A program made the translations under genes and the position numbers. A stretch of DNA of 64,000 nt, taken from positions 1-64,000 of the IMG/VR virus record IMGVR_UViG_3300017991_000002; one strand, written 5' to 3'. Below, piece after piece: positions 9,467 through 18,395 of the stretch; positions within the stretch are counted from its first letter, which is position 1, and every line of letters begins with the position of its first letter. The notes under the pieces are model-generated. The model searched no databases and had not been told where the DNA came from. It worked only from the letters and a program-made list of their open reading frames with translations.

Positions 9467-11095
9467 TTACGACTCCTCCTGGCCGGCCAGCTCTTTCTTC
9501 TTTCTCTTCAGCAGCCGTTTCAATTTTACCTTGACGGGAATCCCCCTTGGCCCTCTTCCCTTACCAAACGCCTCTCCTCGGCCTTCTCCCTTGGAACGGA
9601 TATTTTTGCCGGGAGTCTTACAGGTAATCTCATCCCCCGAGACGACAAAGTCAGCACCGGATGGGACACCGATCGGTCCTTCTCCCTTCCCGAAGGCTTC
9701 CCCTCGACCTTTTCCCTTGGATCTGATCTTCTCACCGGGGGTCTTGCACTTGGCTTCTTCGATATCCTCATACCGCTGTCGCCTGGCCATGATCATGCGC
9801 TGAATGATTTGACTTTTATAATTCTCTCGTTCCCGGGGGGTGAATTCGCGTTTACTCCTCTTCTCCATAGACGAAACCATGTTGTTCGCCGTCTTCTCGT
9901 ACCGATCGCGTAATACTGCGGGGATCTGGTAGCCAAGGTCAGAGATCGCTACCCCTGGAGGACTCTGGGGCATCCCGTAGTCAATATTTCGCCCGTCGTC
10001 TCCATACTCATGAATCTGTCCGGATCCATACTTCGAAAGGTAATCCGCCATCTGGTAACCAACACCTTCCGGATTCTGTGTCAGGTCAGCAACCCTTGGA
10101 CGCTTCTGGGCGGAAACCTTTTTTCGGCGATGCATCTGGTAAGAGTGCATCACGGGTGTCGTCACGAAGCCTTCAGTATTGCTCATCCATTCTTTTTCTT
10201 CGTGATTGATATCATCAGCCACGAGGGATTTATTCTTGTGCGGCTTCTTCATGGGTTCATAATGGGTGAGAAGCTTCTTGGACACTTGGATGTTCTCGCG
10301 GTGACCGGCAGGCATAAGGTAACTGGCATGCTGCCCTTTTCGGGGAGATTGCTTCCTGTCTTCAACTTCATTGAGTTCATGTCGGGAATAATCCTGGTCA
10401 GTGGGCTGCGATTTCCCAGCTGCTTCACTGAGGTCGATATCCGACAACCTAGGGTACCCTGGTCCAGGAAGTACCCCTCCCCCTACCGTGAAAGTCTGAC
10501 CCCGGGGGTTGGTAAGTACTACATCATATCCCCTATAAGGTGGCATACCCCTGCATACCATCTCCATAATCCAATGTGATCCATCTGACCCATCAAGATC
10601 GAATGCAGAGACGAGACCATTAATTGGCTCGATATCATAGAAGTACCCACTCGCACCCCCCATAACCTGGGTTACCCCCTCCAACAAGGTGGTACTCTGT
10701 ATACCATGTTTATGGGGTACAGGTACCTGGAAAGTATACCCCCGGGTACCAAGATCTTCGACCGAGTGTAAAACTTTCCGGTGCGAGGACATCTTCCTGA
10801 CGACATCCTCCGCAAGAACTTTTCCTGCTATCTTTGGTGACGCTTCTTTGATCCGATTAATCTTGCTCCTCACTGCATGCTCCCTGAGGGAAGACTGGAT
10901 AACCTGAGCAGCAAGACCATAAGAGACCGACTTCCCCGTAAACTCCTCCAGGATCACCCTAGAGGCGGTATCCGAGAACTCCCCGCAGGCGTTTCCGTCT
11001 GATCCGAAGATACCATGGTGGAGAGTCGCCTCATAAATGAGATCGAAGGCGCTGTCTCGGTCAAAGAACTCGTAACTTCCACTATTGTTTATCAT
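9467..11095 (-). CDS. Putative virion protein with duplicated C-terminal CKTPG..RSKG.GRG repeat
   Basis: 542 aa; RBS AGGGAG upstream of ATG at 11095. Confidence 0.65.
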   Translation of the reverse strand: MINNSGSYEFFDRDSAFDLIYEATLHHGIFGSDGNACGEFSDTASRVILEEFTGKSVSYGLAAQVIQSSLREHAVRSKINRIKEASPKIAGKVLAEDVVRKMSSHRKVLHSVEDLGTRGYTFQVPVPHKHGIQSTTLLEGVTQVMGGASGYFYDIEPINGLVSAFDLDGSDGSHWIMEMVCRGMPPYRGYDVVLTNPRGQTFTVGGGVLPGPGYPRLSDIDLSEAAGKSQPTDQDYSRHELNEVEDRKQSPRKGQHASYLMPAGHRENIQVSKKLLTHYEPMKKPHKNKSLVADDINHEEKEWMSNTEGFVTTPVMHSYQMHRRKKVSAQKRPRVADLTQNPEGVGYQMADYLSKYGSGQIHEYGDDGRNIDYGMPQSPPGVAISDLGYQIPAVLRDRYEKTANNMVSSMEKRSKREFTPRERENYKSQIIQRMIMARRQRYEDIEEAKCKTPGEKIRSKGKGRGEAFGKGEGPIGVPSGADFVVSGDEITCKTPGKNIRSKGEGRGEAFGKGRGPRGIPVKVKLKRLLKRKKKELAGQEES

Positions 11096-11184
11096 CTTAA
11101 ACTCCCTTGAACAATGCTAAACTCCCAACGGGAGCGTCTTTTTACCTAATCTACCCATTTAGGGGCCAAATTGTCATCAATGTC

Positions 11185-11660
11185 CAACAAAGTACCCACC
11201 TCATACCCCCTTTTACGTACCTTGATACGGTACTTGTTAGTATACAAGTTCCAACTTCTTTGTATACTGATAGGGTACTTCCCCTATATCAAGTTACATC
11301 TTCTTGAATATCGCACAAGAATGAAACCACACAGCAGACGATCAATCCTTCCCCAATTCAACATGTCGTACCCTCACATAGGACATACCCCCTATCAGTA
11401 CCCTATAAAGTACCCATACAGATACCCTACTTGTTAGTATACAAGTTCCAACTTCTTGGTATACTGATGGGGTACTTCCCCTATATCAAACACCAACTCG
11501 TCATTTTTTGAGGAAGATCCAGCCAAGATGACTCAAAATTCAACAACATAGTATACAGTATGGGTACTTCCTAGCATACAAGTGCTGACTTCCTGGTATA
11601 CAGATAGGGTACTTGTTGGTATACTGATAGGGTACTTCCCTTATATCAAGTTACATAAAT
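11185..11660. repeat. Iteron-like GGTACTT repeat region with a 62-bp direct repeat
   Basis: 11231-11292 and 11428-11489 match at 60/62; partial third copy at about 11609-11656; six GGTACTT plus inverted AGTACC copies. Confidence 0.85.
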
Positions 11661-11710
11661 AATAAATATCAGCACCATTCGTGTAAAAATTAGGGTTTAT
11701 TTTTCCCTTG

Positions 11711-11734
11711 CAAATACCCCTAAAGGGGTATTTG
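11711..11734. repeat. Perfect palindrome
   Basis: CAAATACCCCT-AA-AGGGGTATTTG (11-bp arms). Confidence 0.8.
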
Positions 11735-11752
11735 GGGAACAGGCGGTTGGAG

Positions 11753-11790
11753 ACAAAAAAAGCCCCCAAGGATTTCTCCCTGGGGGCCTA
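11753..11790 (-). terminator. Rho-independent terminator ending the early region
   Basis: Minus strand GCCCCCAGGG-AGAAA-TCCTTGGGGGC followed by T7. Confidence 0.8.
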
Positions 11791-11848
11791 GACCTTACGT
11801 TGGGTTGAACATGAAACCTACCGTTGGACTTATGCAACAATAGGGGAG

Positions 11849-11971
11849 TTATTCTTCTTGAATTCCTCGAGCAGCTTCATATTCAGCAAAAAGAATTCTT
11901 TCATTTTCTGCTGCTTCGAGTATCTCTCTTGCAATCTGTAATGCCTCAGCTCGTGATATAATAAGGGTCAT
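11849..11971 (-). CDS. Small acidic hypothetical protein (40 aa)
   Basis: Hand translation MTLIISRAEALQIAREILEAAENERILFAEYEAARGIQEE; starts 1 nt after the upstream stop. Confidence 0.6.
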   Translation of the reverse strand: MTLIISRAEALQIAREILEAAENERILFAEYEAARGIQEE

Positions 11972-11972
11972 A

Positions 11973-12176
11973 TTAAAAATCCATCAGGTCGATCGGATAG
12001 TTCTCCATCTCATATTTCTCGATAATGATAGCCAAGTGCTCGAGACGGTTCGCCTCATCAGTTCCCTCTTCGGGATCCAGATCAATAAGCGCCTCTATTT
12101 CTCTAAGGGCTTCTTCGTATTGCTCTTCTGTCTCTATCCTATCCATCTCTTCGGGCTCATAATGAATTCCTTCCAC
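11973..12176 (-). CDS. HigA antitoxin N-terminal-domain-only protein
   Basis: IETEEQYEEALREIEAL...EEGTDEANRLEHLAIIIEKYE..YPI resembles HigA N-terminal helices; no HTH. Confidence 0.65.
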   Translation of the reverse strand: MEGIHYEPEEMDRIETEEQYEEALREIEALIDLDPEEGTDEANRLEHLAIIIEKYEMENYPIDLMDF

Positions 12177-12210
12177 CTCATTGGTGCTCTCTCTCTCTTT
12201 CTATACCAGG

Positions 12211-12239
12211 ATTATAGCTTCTTGTCCTCCTGTTGTCAA
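12211..12239 (-). promoter_or_regulatory. Perfect sigma70 promoter
   Basis: TTGACA-17 nt-TATAAT on the minus strand upstream of 11973..12176. Confidence 0.85.
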
Positions 12240-12244
12240 GACAA

Positions 12245-12284
12245 GAAAAAACCCACCGTGGGTTTCTTCCCCGCGGTGGGTTAA
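12245..12284 (-). terminator. Rho-independent terminator
   Basis: CCCACCGCGGG-GAAGAAA-CCCACGGTGGG followed by T6. Confidence 0.8.
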
Positions 12285-12321
12285 TTAAGGAGATTTCTGA
12301 ACATCACCATTCAACACTTTT

Positions 12322-12350
12322 AATATAGGAACAGTGGTTCTGGTTGTCAA
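12322..12350 (-). promoter_or_regulatory. sigma70 promoter
   Basis: TTGACA-17 nt-TATATT on the minus strand. Confidence 0.7.
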
Positions 12351-12664
12351 GAATTCAATCGAAGTTTTCGATAACTTTCTCTCTTATTAAATGTGGGCCA
12401 GACGGTCGGTCTTGCCAGCTCTGCATCCTTGGGGTCTGTCGTGGACGTTGTTTGTGGGCGGAACATTTCCTGGGCTGCCTCCCAGCCGTTGTAGGCCATT
12501 ACCATTCGAACGAAGTAGTCGGGACGATCCTCGGGGAAAAAGTCTACTGGGGGGCCGAAGGAGTCCACCCACCAGGACACAAATTCCCGGGTAAAGACGA
12601 CGGACGGAAACCAGCTGGGAAGGTCCTCCGTGTTGAGCATTTCTTTCAGGGTTTCAGTGTTCAT
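12347..12664 (-). CDS. Hypothetical protein, RKLR-type tag
   Basis: Ends YRKLRLNS. Confidence 0.7.
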   Translation of the reverse strand: MNTETLKEMLNTEDLPSWFPSVVFTREFVSWWVDSFGPPVDFFPEDRPDYFVRMVMAYNGWEAAQEMFRPQTTSTTDPKDAELARPTVWPTFNKRESYRKLRLNS

Positions 12665-13020
12665 TTCTTCACCCTCAGCTTTCTGTAGAGCTTCACAGGT
12701 TTTCTTTCCTCCTGTTCCTCCATCTTCATCTTGAGTTCTTCATACTTCTGTTTCAGGGCATCTATTTGCCTTCGTAATACCTTCTGATCGATCTCATTCG
12801 CAGACTCTTCTGCGGCAGCCTGCGCCAATAACTCTTCCGCCTCGGGCCCGTGCAGATTAACCATGCGAGGTTCCAGAACAAATCGAGTTATGGCCTGCGA
12901 CTGGCTACGCCGTCGTTCTAGTTCCACCCGGCACTCGTAGCACACGGTCACCCCAACGATCATTTCAGGTTGGCTCAATGCACCGCCGCACTCGGAGCAG
13001 CTGTTCCCTTCCACACTCAT
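12661..13020 (-). CDS. C4 zinc-finger (TraR/DksA-like spacing) protein, tagged
   Basis: CSECG...VTVCYECR; ends YRKLRVKK. Confidence 0.65.
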   Translation of the reverse strand: MSVEGNSCSECGGALSQPEMIVGVTVCYECRVELERRRSQSQAITRFVLEPRMVNLHGPEAEELLAQAAAEESANEIDQKVLRRQIDALKQKYEELKMKMEEQEERKPVKLYRKLRVKK

Positions 13021-13319
13021 TTGAGCATCCTCAGCTTTCTTTTGTGAGGTAAGTTGTCTCTTATTGGTTCTACGGTCTTGGATGGGATCCCGCCGTTTCT
13101 GTACTTTCGCAGGCGTTCCAGGATATTCCTGAGTTCTTCATTGGCCGCTTGCTGACCCCAGGCCGCTGTATCCCCATGTTCAAGGAGTTCCTGGACAAGG
13201 CGCTCTCCTATCCTTATTCGATCGATTACCATCCTCTCGAACGCGGCGAGGTTGTACAGGTCCATCAATCCCCCCTCAATGTCTTCCATGATGCCAATTA
13301 TTCTTCCAAGCTCTAACAC
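13017..13319 (-). CDS. Hypothetical protein, tagged
   Basis: Ends KRKLRMLK. Confidence 0.7.
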   Translation of the reverse strand: MLELGRIIGIMEDIEGGLMDLYNLAAFERMVIDRIRIGERLVQELLEHGDTAAWGQQAANEELRNILERLRKYRNGGIPSKTVEPIRDNLPHKRKLRMLK

Positions 13320-13348
13320 CTTTTACGTTCTCCTACCTACTTCGTGAC

Positions 13349-13888
13349 TTATTCCAATCTTTCGAACACGGAAAAGATCCTAATTCGATTATTAAAGCCG
13401 CAGAGAACCCCTACCGCTGCTACGAACTTTGTTGACATTTCCTTCGGAGGGGAGGGAAGAATGTAGTGGATCATCCCAACCCTGCTTCCAGGCTCCACGG
13501 CATTGAGCATGTTCTTCAGCAATGCATTTGGCTTTGGGTAGGCCTCTCGTCCGACCTCGTAGTTCTCTGCATCCTCTGCACTGTATGGCGGGTCCGCCAG
13601 CATTGCCTTGAAGCCCGGGGGCAGCGGTTCCCTTGCATCCCGCAGGTAGTCTGGCCCGGTGGCCGGGTCGAGGTCTAGTGTTTTGTCCAGGGGACCAAAG
13701 CCCCCACGGTAAGGATAGTACCTCGCCATGCCGCCGCAGACATGGAGGACTGGGTCGTGGATGGATACCCCGAGCAATGCCCGGGCACGTTCTGGGAAGC
13801 CACCCAGGTAGGCACCGTAATACTTCCTACCGTCCTTCAACTTTGCCCGGGCAAGAATCCACATATCAGTTATTGGCCTGTAGCTCAT
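13349..13888 (-). CDS. Putative N6-adenine DNA methyltransferase
   Basis: VLHVCGG SAM-binding-like motif and LADPPY catalytic motif. Confidence 0.7.
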   Translation of the reverse strand: MSYRPITDMWILARAKLKDGRKYYGAYLGGFPERARALLGVSIHDPVLHVCGGMARYYPYRGGFGPLDKTLDLDPATGPDYLRDAREPLPPGFKAMLADPPYSAEDAENYEVGREAYPKPNALLKNMLNAVEPGSRVGMIHYILPSPPKEMSTKFVAAVGVLCGFNNRIRIFSVFERLE

Positions 13889-14169
13889 TTTGTCCTCCTT
13901 ACTCTCAACTTTCTATAAGGTTTGCAGGATTTTTTGGTCTTCTTGGACCGCAGGGGTCTTTCCTGCCGTTCATCATTCATCTCTTTCCTGAGCTCCCTTT
14001 TCATCGCCTCGTAAAAGCCAGCCATATCAGGCTCCTCCCCATAAAAATAGCGGCGGCAATTGGTACACATAGTCACCCCGGACGCCCGTTCGTACTCATT
14101 CAGATCGTCCCCGCACTCGGAGCACCGGTGGCTCTCCTCCTCGAACATCGTGTCGACTGCAATGCTCAT
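13885..14169 (-). CDS. C4 zinc-finger protein, tagged (paralog of 12661..13020)
   Basis: CSECG...GVTMCTNCR; ends YRKLRVRRTK. Confidence 0.65.
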   Translation of the reverse strand: MSIAVDTMFEEESHRCSECGDDLNEYERASGVTMCTNCRRYFYGEEPDMAGFYEAMKRELRKEMNDERQERPLRSKKTKKSCKPYRKLRVRRTK

Positions 14170-14471
14170 CGGTCCCCCATATTGAGTCTTCTTCCCGGAC
14201 GCCGGTGTTCTTCCTCACTCAGTTCAGGATGTTCAATTTCCTCCAGTTCTGAAAGGTCTATCCCAAACTCTTCCAGGAGCGGACAGTCCTCATAATTGCA
14301 CGGTGTGCGGGCATGTCTACATCGAGTAGTGTAGTTGGGATTCCTTGGCTGGGTCTCTAACTCTGCTGTAACATAGGTGGTATGTATGCCAACCGTTGCG
14401 TACGGACAAATCCCTTTGGAGTCAGCCATTCTTTCAACAAAATCAACAATCTTTCTTACATTCGGTTTCAT
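14166..14471 (-). CDS. Cys-rich hypothetical protein, tagged
   Basis: KGICPY..C..C..CPL; ends GRRLNMGDR; paralog of 35395..35628. Confidence 0.65.
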   Translation of the reverse strand: MKPNVRKIVDFVERMADSKGICPYATVGIHTTYVTAELETQPRNPNYTTRCRHARTPCNYEDCPLLEEFGIDLSELEEIEHPELSEEEHRRPGRRLNMGDR

Positions 14472-15031
14472 CTATTTAACCTCAGCTTTCTTTTGTAGTC
14501 CTTGGGCGCGGGGGTAGGAGTACAGAAGGTCCCTATTCTACGAAGGATTTCTTCAACTGCTGCTCGTACTCGTTCCTCCAACCGCTCTTGGGTATCCCTC
14601 AGGGAGGTTTCGAGGTCGAGGTCTTTTGATTCTCTTGTTCCCATGGATGTTGTCCACAGCCGGATTGCTCCATACCGGGTATAGGGAACCATTGGGACAA
14701 AGCGGACCCACGGGCTACGGCAGTTCGACGGGGTAGAGGACCGGGAGATTTGATCAATCTCATCGAGGAGTTCTGAGATAGTATCGTTACTGATCTCGAC
14801 ACAAAAGAGGTAGATCTTACCATCACTACCTTGGAATGCTGTATGTACCGCGATCACCGCTCCCAGAAACCTCTCGACGATGCTGTCGAGACTCTCAAAT
14901 TCCCTACACCTTCCTATGCAGGGACGTCGGTAGAAGCAATCGGACTGATGTCGCATATGGATTACAGTAAGGCCGGCTTCTCTCAAGGTATTAATAATGT
15001 TTGGGAGTCTTACCATTTTTGGGGTTTTCAT
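14468..15031 (-). CDS. Hypothetical protein, tagged
   Basis: Ends YKRKLRLNR. Confidence 0.7.
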   Translation of the reverse strand: MKTPKMVRLPNIINTLREAGLTVIHMRHQSDCFYRRPCIGRCREFESLDSIVERFLGAVIAVHTAFQGSDGKIYLFCVEISNDTISELLDEIDQISRSSTPSNCRSPWVRFVPMVPYTRYGAIRLWTTSMGTRESKDLDLETSLRDTQERLEERVRAAVEEILRRIGTFCTPTPAPKDYKRKLRLNR

Positions 15032-15549
15032 TTTCTTTCCCTTGTTTGAACGTTCAGTTTTCTTGTCAGCTTTGTTGGATTTTCAAGCTGGTGGATCCTT
15101 CTTCTTACCGTAATAAGATTGCGGGAGAGCAGATTGATCTCTTCTATGCAATGTTCATACGAAATGTACTCGGTTGTTGAGGGATACTTAAGGCATTCAT
15201 TCGCATCGTCTACCGCTTCCTTTAGCTTCTCAAGGATTTGGACTTCTTGAAGATATAACTCTTGCAGCCTTTTACTATTACCGAACGTCTTGCACGAGAG
15301 CTTATTGTTCCATCGACCCAATTGTCGGACCCGCTGCTCCAGTATTGCTTTCTTGCCTTCTTCACGGATAAGTTCCTCTCCCCAATTATTGAGGGTTTGC
15401 GGGGTTTCATTTTGTCGTGATTGCATAGGTTCTCCAGATCTTCCAGTCCCACAGTTTGCTTCCTGGTACCGGGCTAAAAATTGACGATACTTCTCGCACG
15501 TTCGATCGATTATTCGTGGGTAATATAAGTTCCTCATAATCGTTCCCAT
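15028..15549 (-). CDS. Coiled-coil hypothetical protein, tagged
   Basis: Ends TRKLNVQTRERK. Confidence 0.7.
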   Translation of the reverse strand: MGTIMRNLYYPRIIDRTCEKYRQFLARYQEANCGTGRSGEPMQSRQNETPQTLNNWGEELIREEGKKAILEQRVRQLGRWNNKLSCKTFGNSKRLQELYLQEVQILEKLKEAVDDANECLKYPSTTEYISYEHCIEEINLLSRNLITVRRRIHQLENPTKLTRKLNVQTRERK

Positions 15550-15626
15550 TATTTTTCCTTTTTAACGTTCAACGGGCCGCCTCTTTGACGTCGCGGACAA
15601 AACTTCCCATGCATACACTCCTTTGC

Positions 15627-15923
15627 TCATGCTCCTTGTCCTGTGTCTTCAATGCCCGGCAGGTGGGCATAAATATCAACCACTCCATCCATCACAACAT
15701 ACCTGCCGGCACCTAATCCCTCATGGGCGGCCCGTGCATCGAGTAGGTCTCTGAGGATTGAAATCTGCATAAGAGCATTGCTGGCCTCGATCCTTACAAT
15801 ATCATCATACTCGTAGTTAGCCTCAAGGATCTCCTGTGCCTCCTGAATCAGCCTTGCACAGGCCCTGAGTCGCTGCGCGCACCTTGTATGGTTAACTTTT
15901 TTCATGATCTTCCTCTTCCACAA
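15627..15923 (-). CDS. Hypothetical protein
   Basis: Tiles in the minus-strand operon. Confidence 0.6.
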   Translation of the reverse strand: MWKRKIMKKVNHTRCAQRLRACARLIQEAQEILEANYEYDDIVRIEASNALMQISILRDLLDARAAHEGLGAGRYVVMDGVVDIYAHLPGIEDTGQGA

Positions 15924-16134
15924 CTACCCACGAAAACATCATATCCAATCGCAGTGTATCACTCTTTGGGTTGTCGAGCAAGTCTACGAAACCTACCTCT
16001 TTCACAGCTTCCATCATTAAAAACACCAGCTCAGCTTCTGCTGCCAGACCCTGGAGTTTTCTGATCATGTTAATTTGTCCCACCGGTATCAATACTGTCA
16101 CTGGTTCTTTCTTATCACCTATCATTTTTGACAC
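15892..16134 (-). CDS. Hypothetical protein
   Basis: Tiles in the operon. Confidence 0.55.
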   Translation of the reverse strand: MSKMIGDKKEPVTVLIPVGQINMIRKLQGLAAEAELVFLMMEAVKEVGFVDLLDNPKSDTLRLDMMFSWVVVEEEDHEKS

Positions 16135-16546
16135 GTAGCCTCCTTACATACTTTGATGGCAGCTTGGGCTCTGGGCCTCTAGAGAGCTCATCAATCCTCT
16201 CAGCTATGCTCTTCTTGATCATTTTTAAATTATTGTACTCATTAAGTAGATTGACCTTCAAAGAGTACTCCAGACCAATCCGATCACGGGCGCTGACCTG
16301 ATCAATCCTCTCATACTTGTCAATAAGAGCATGAATTCTCCTGACAGAATCTCGTTGGGAGTTGTGAAGGATTGCAAGGATAAAATCATATGAAGCCTCT
16401 GATTTCTTTATCTCCTTTACAATATCTGCAACTGTAAAATCCAATTGAATTGTGCTCATATTTTCCTCCCCATCACCCGCCATGCCCAAAATGAAACTCA
16501 TGCACCAGCTGAGTTGGGTCATTGTCTTACCTGTTTGGACTAACAA
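16115..16546 (-). CDS. Hypothetical protein, tagged
   Basis: Ends VRRLRVKNDR; true start probably at the downstream MSTIQ. Confidence 0.6.
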   Translation of the reverse strand: MLVQTGKTMTQLSWCMSFILGMAGDGEENMSTIQLDFTVADIVKEIKKSEASYDFILAILHNSQRDSVRRIHALIDKYERIDQVSARDRIGLEYSLKVNLLNEYNNLKMIKKSIAERIDELSRGPEPKLPSKYVRRLRVKNDR

Positions 16547-16868
16547 TCTTCAACTTCCTCTTAAAGTCTACTGGTTGGGCTGGCTCCTTTTTCTCCCCAA
16601 ACTCTTGAATCCTCTTCCCGATGTTATGGTGAATATTTTCCAACTCCAGTCGACTGGCAACCATTATCGCTCTCAGTGCATGGAAGTCCCCAATCTCCCC
16701 GCTACGGCTACATTGTTTATATTCCCTGACTGCGGACTCTAATTTACAGGCCCAATAGTGTTGTTCATCAAACAGACTACTAAGATCCGGGTCAAAGAGT
16801 AAAGAACTCCTATCTTCACATAGTTTTACTGCCTCGTCAACTTCCCTCATAATGTTCATTATGATCAC
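16527..16868 (-). CDS. Hypothetical protein, tagged
   Basis: Ends FKRKLKIVSPNR. Confidence 0.65.
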   Translation of the reverse strand: MIIMNIMREVDEAVKLCEDRSSLLFDPDLSSLFDEQHYWACKLESAVREYKQCSRSGEIGDFHALRAIMVASRLELENIHHNIGKRIQEFGEKKEPAQPVDFKRKLKIVSPNR

Positions 16869-16883
16869 CTCTTTTTCGTATCT

Positions 16884-17044
16884 TCAGTCAGGGGACTTTC
16901 CATTAATACTCAAAGTCGGTCTTACCTTCAGCTTCCTGTGCTTGTATTTCCTGGTCTATCTTTCACTTTTATAATCCTTCCCGCCTCTTCGAGTAGGGAC
17001 ATATAGTCTTTGAGCTCAAGTGCCCTCTTATATGCCTTAAACAT
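16884..17044 (-). pseudogene. Frameshifted small tagged ORF
   Basis: MFKAYKRALELKDYMSLLEEAGRIIKVKDR, then one nt short of the frame encoding RKYKHRKLKVRPTLSINGKSPD. Confidence 0.45.
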
Positions 17045-17381
17045 TTGGCAACCTCAATCTTCTACAAGACGCCCTGGATTTTCTTGGCCTCTTACCAGCC
17101 TTCTCTAGTTCCCATTCCTTGGCCCGTTCCGAGGCCATGCGCTTGGTTTCCCTGCACAACTCTGCAATGTCCATAATTGTGTCAAGTCGATACTGAAGGA
17201 TAGGATCCGACGGGTTCCTTCCCGACCTCTCATATCGATTGGAAGCCCTCTCGATCTCTTCAATAAGATTTTTCCTCTCGTTGTCATACCATGAAAGAAG
17301 ATGAGCCAGCTCAGGATCAAATGTTCCAGCCATTGTAGCTTCCCGTATAATGTCTGCTGCTTCTTTTAATCGATCAGTCAT
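17037..17381 (-). CDS. Hypothetical protein, tagged
   Basis: Ends CRRLRLPNV. Confidence 0.7.
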   Translation of the reverse strand: MTDRLKEAADIIREATMAGTFDPELAHLLSWYDNERKNLIEEIERASNRYERSGRNPSDPILQYRLDTIMDIAELCRETKRMASERAKEWELEKAGKRPRKSRASCRRLRLPNV

Positions 17382-17404
17382 TCAGGACACCTGCTTTCAA
17401 CGCC

Positions 17405-17833
17405 TCACTCGTTTAATTCAGGAAAGAGGTGAGCCACTCTGCCGATAGAATCCCGACCCGAGTCCGGCATCCTTCCCTCCTCCAATGCCTTCTTCGTCTC
17501 CTCCGGGATAACCTTTATATCAATCGAGTCCACAAAAATATTGATCTCTGGAATTCCACTATCATTACCGGACACCGTTGTCTCCGGATCTTCCTGCACC
17601 ATGTAAAATACTGAACCGCTGGAAAACGGCTGCTTTGCAATCTCCTCAACTTGCCGCGGTACCGACAACTTCCCAAAGTCAAAAGAGCATTCCTTCGGTG
17701 GCCGGGGTTCCAGGAAGTTGCCAACGTAATTCAACTCCTCTTTAAAGTAGTCAAGGATCTCCTGTTCGGTCCCTGAAATTATCAAATCTTTTTTAATCGC
17801 CATAATTTTCCTTCCTTTCGGTTTTCGGGCCAT
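17405..17833 (-). CDS. Hypothetical protein
   Basis: Tiles in the operon. Confidence 0.6.
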   Translation of the reverse strand: MARKPKGRKIMAIKKDLIISGTEQEILDYFKEELNYVGNFLEPRPPKECSFDFGKLSVPRQVEEIAKQPFSSGSVFYMVQEDPETTVSGNDSGIPEINIFVDSIDIKVIPEETKKALEEGRMPDSGRDSIGRVAHLFPELNE

Positions 17834-17877
17834 TTATCAGGCCAAAATGGCCCACAAATGGCTCATTTGGGTCATTT

Positions 17878-18144
17878 TTACTCTTTATTGAAAAGTCGAG
17901 CAAGGTGTCCTTTTCTTTCTTCCATTGCTTTATCAAGATCCAGCAATCTTAGCCATCGCTCTATCCTCTCCTCATCCATCTGACGAATCTCCTGCACAAG
18001 CTCCTTGGCTGTAATTGACAGATCCTCATGAATTCTCGCCCTCATCTTCATCGGTGCCCTTTGTTCTGTGTCTACTACGGACAAAATCAGAGATAACGTA
18101 GGTCTACTCATGGTCGTCCTCCTTAGGGTCGGTAGCATCCTCAA
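17878..18144 (-). CDS. Hypothetical protein
   Basis: Likely starts at the internal MSRPTL. Confidence 0.55.
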   Translation of the reverse strand: MRMLPTLRRTTMSRPTLSLILSVVDTEQRAPMKMRARIHEDLSITAKELVQEIRQMDEERIERWLRLLDLDKAMEERKGHLARLFNKE

Positions 18145-18325
18145 ATTCGAGACAGGTCCCGGTTATCGGCCCTCCAACCGGACGACGCTCCCCCGCGGAA
18201 AGCATACAAAGAAATATTTCCGGATGACCAACCAAATGTGCTCCGTGCTTACACATATCGCAAGTTTTACCAAGACGTATATTTTCCTCGAGTCTCCAGT
18301 CCATTATGTCAACCTCCTTGACCAT
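18104..18325 (-). CDS. Small Cys-rich protein
   Basis: CDMCKH..C..C pattern. Confidence 0.55.
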   Translation of the reverse strand: MVKEVDIMDWRLEENIRLGKTCDMCKHGAHLVGHPEIFLCMLSAGERRPVGGPITGTCLEFEDATDPKEDDHE

Positions 18326-18395
18326 GACCTTATCAGACTCACTACTGTGACAAATGATTTGGCTCGTCTGCTCATTTATTCCCCCTAAAAAATAA

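Noticed and set aside
11185-11660. CRISPR array in the GGTAC repeat regions (also 53.1-53.6 kb)
   Set aside because: Repeats are degenerate, overlapping and irregularly spaced; no constant repeat-spacer period and no cas genes
15549-15629. TGA readthrough of 15627..15923 to GGPLNVKKEK
   Set aside because: The extension is short, the tag match is poor and no SECIS-like hairpin follows
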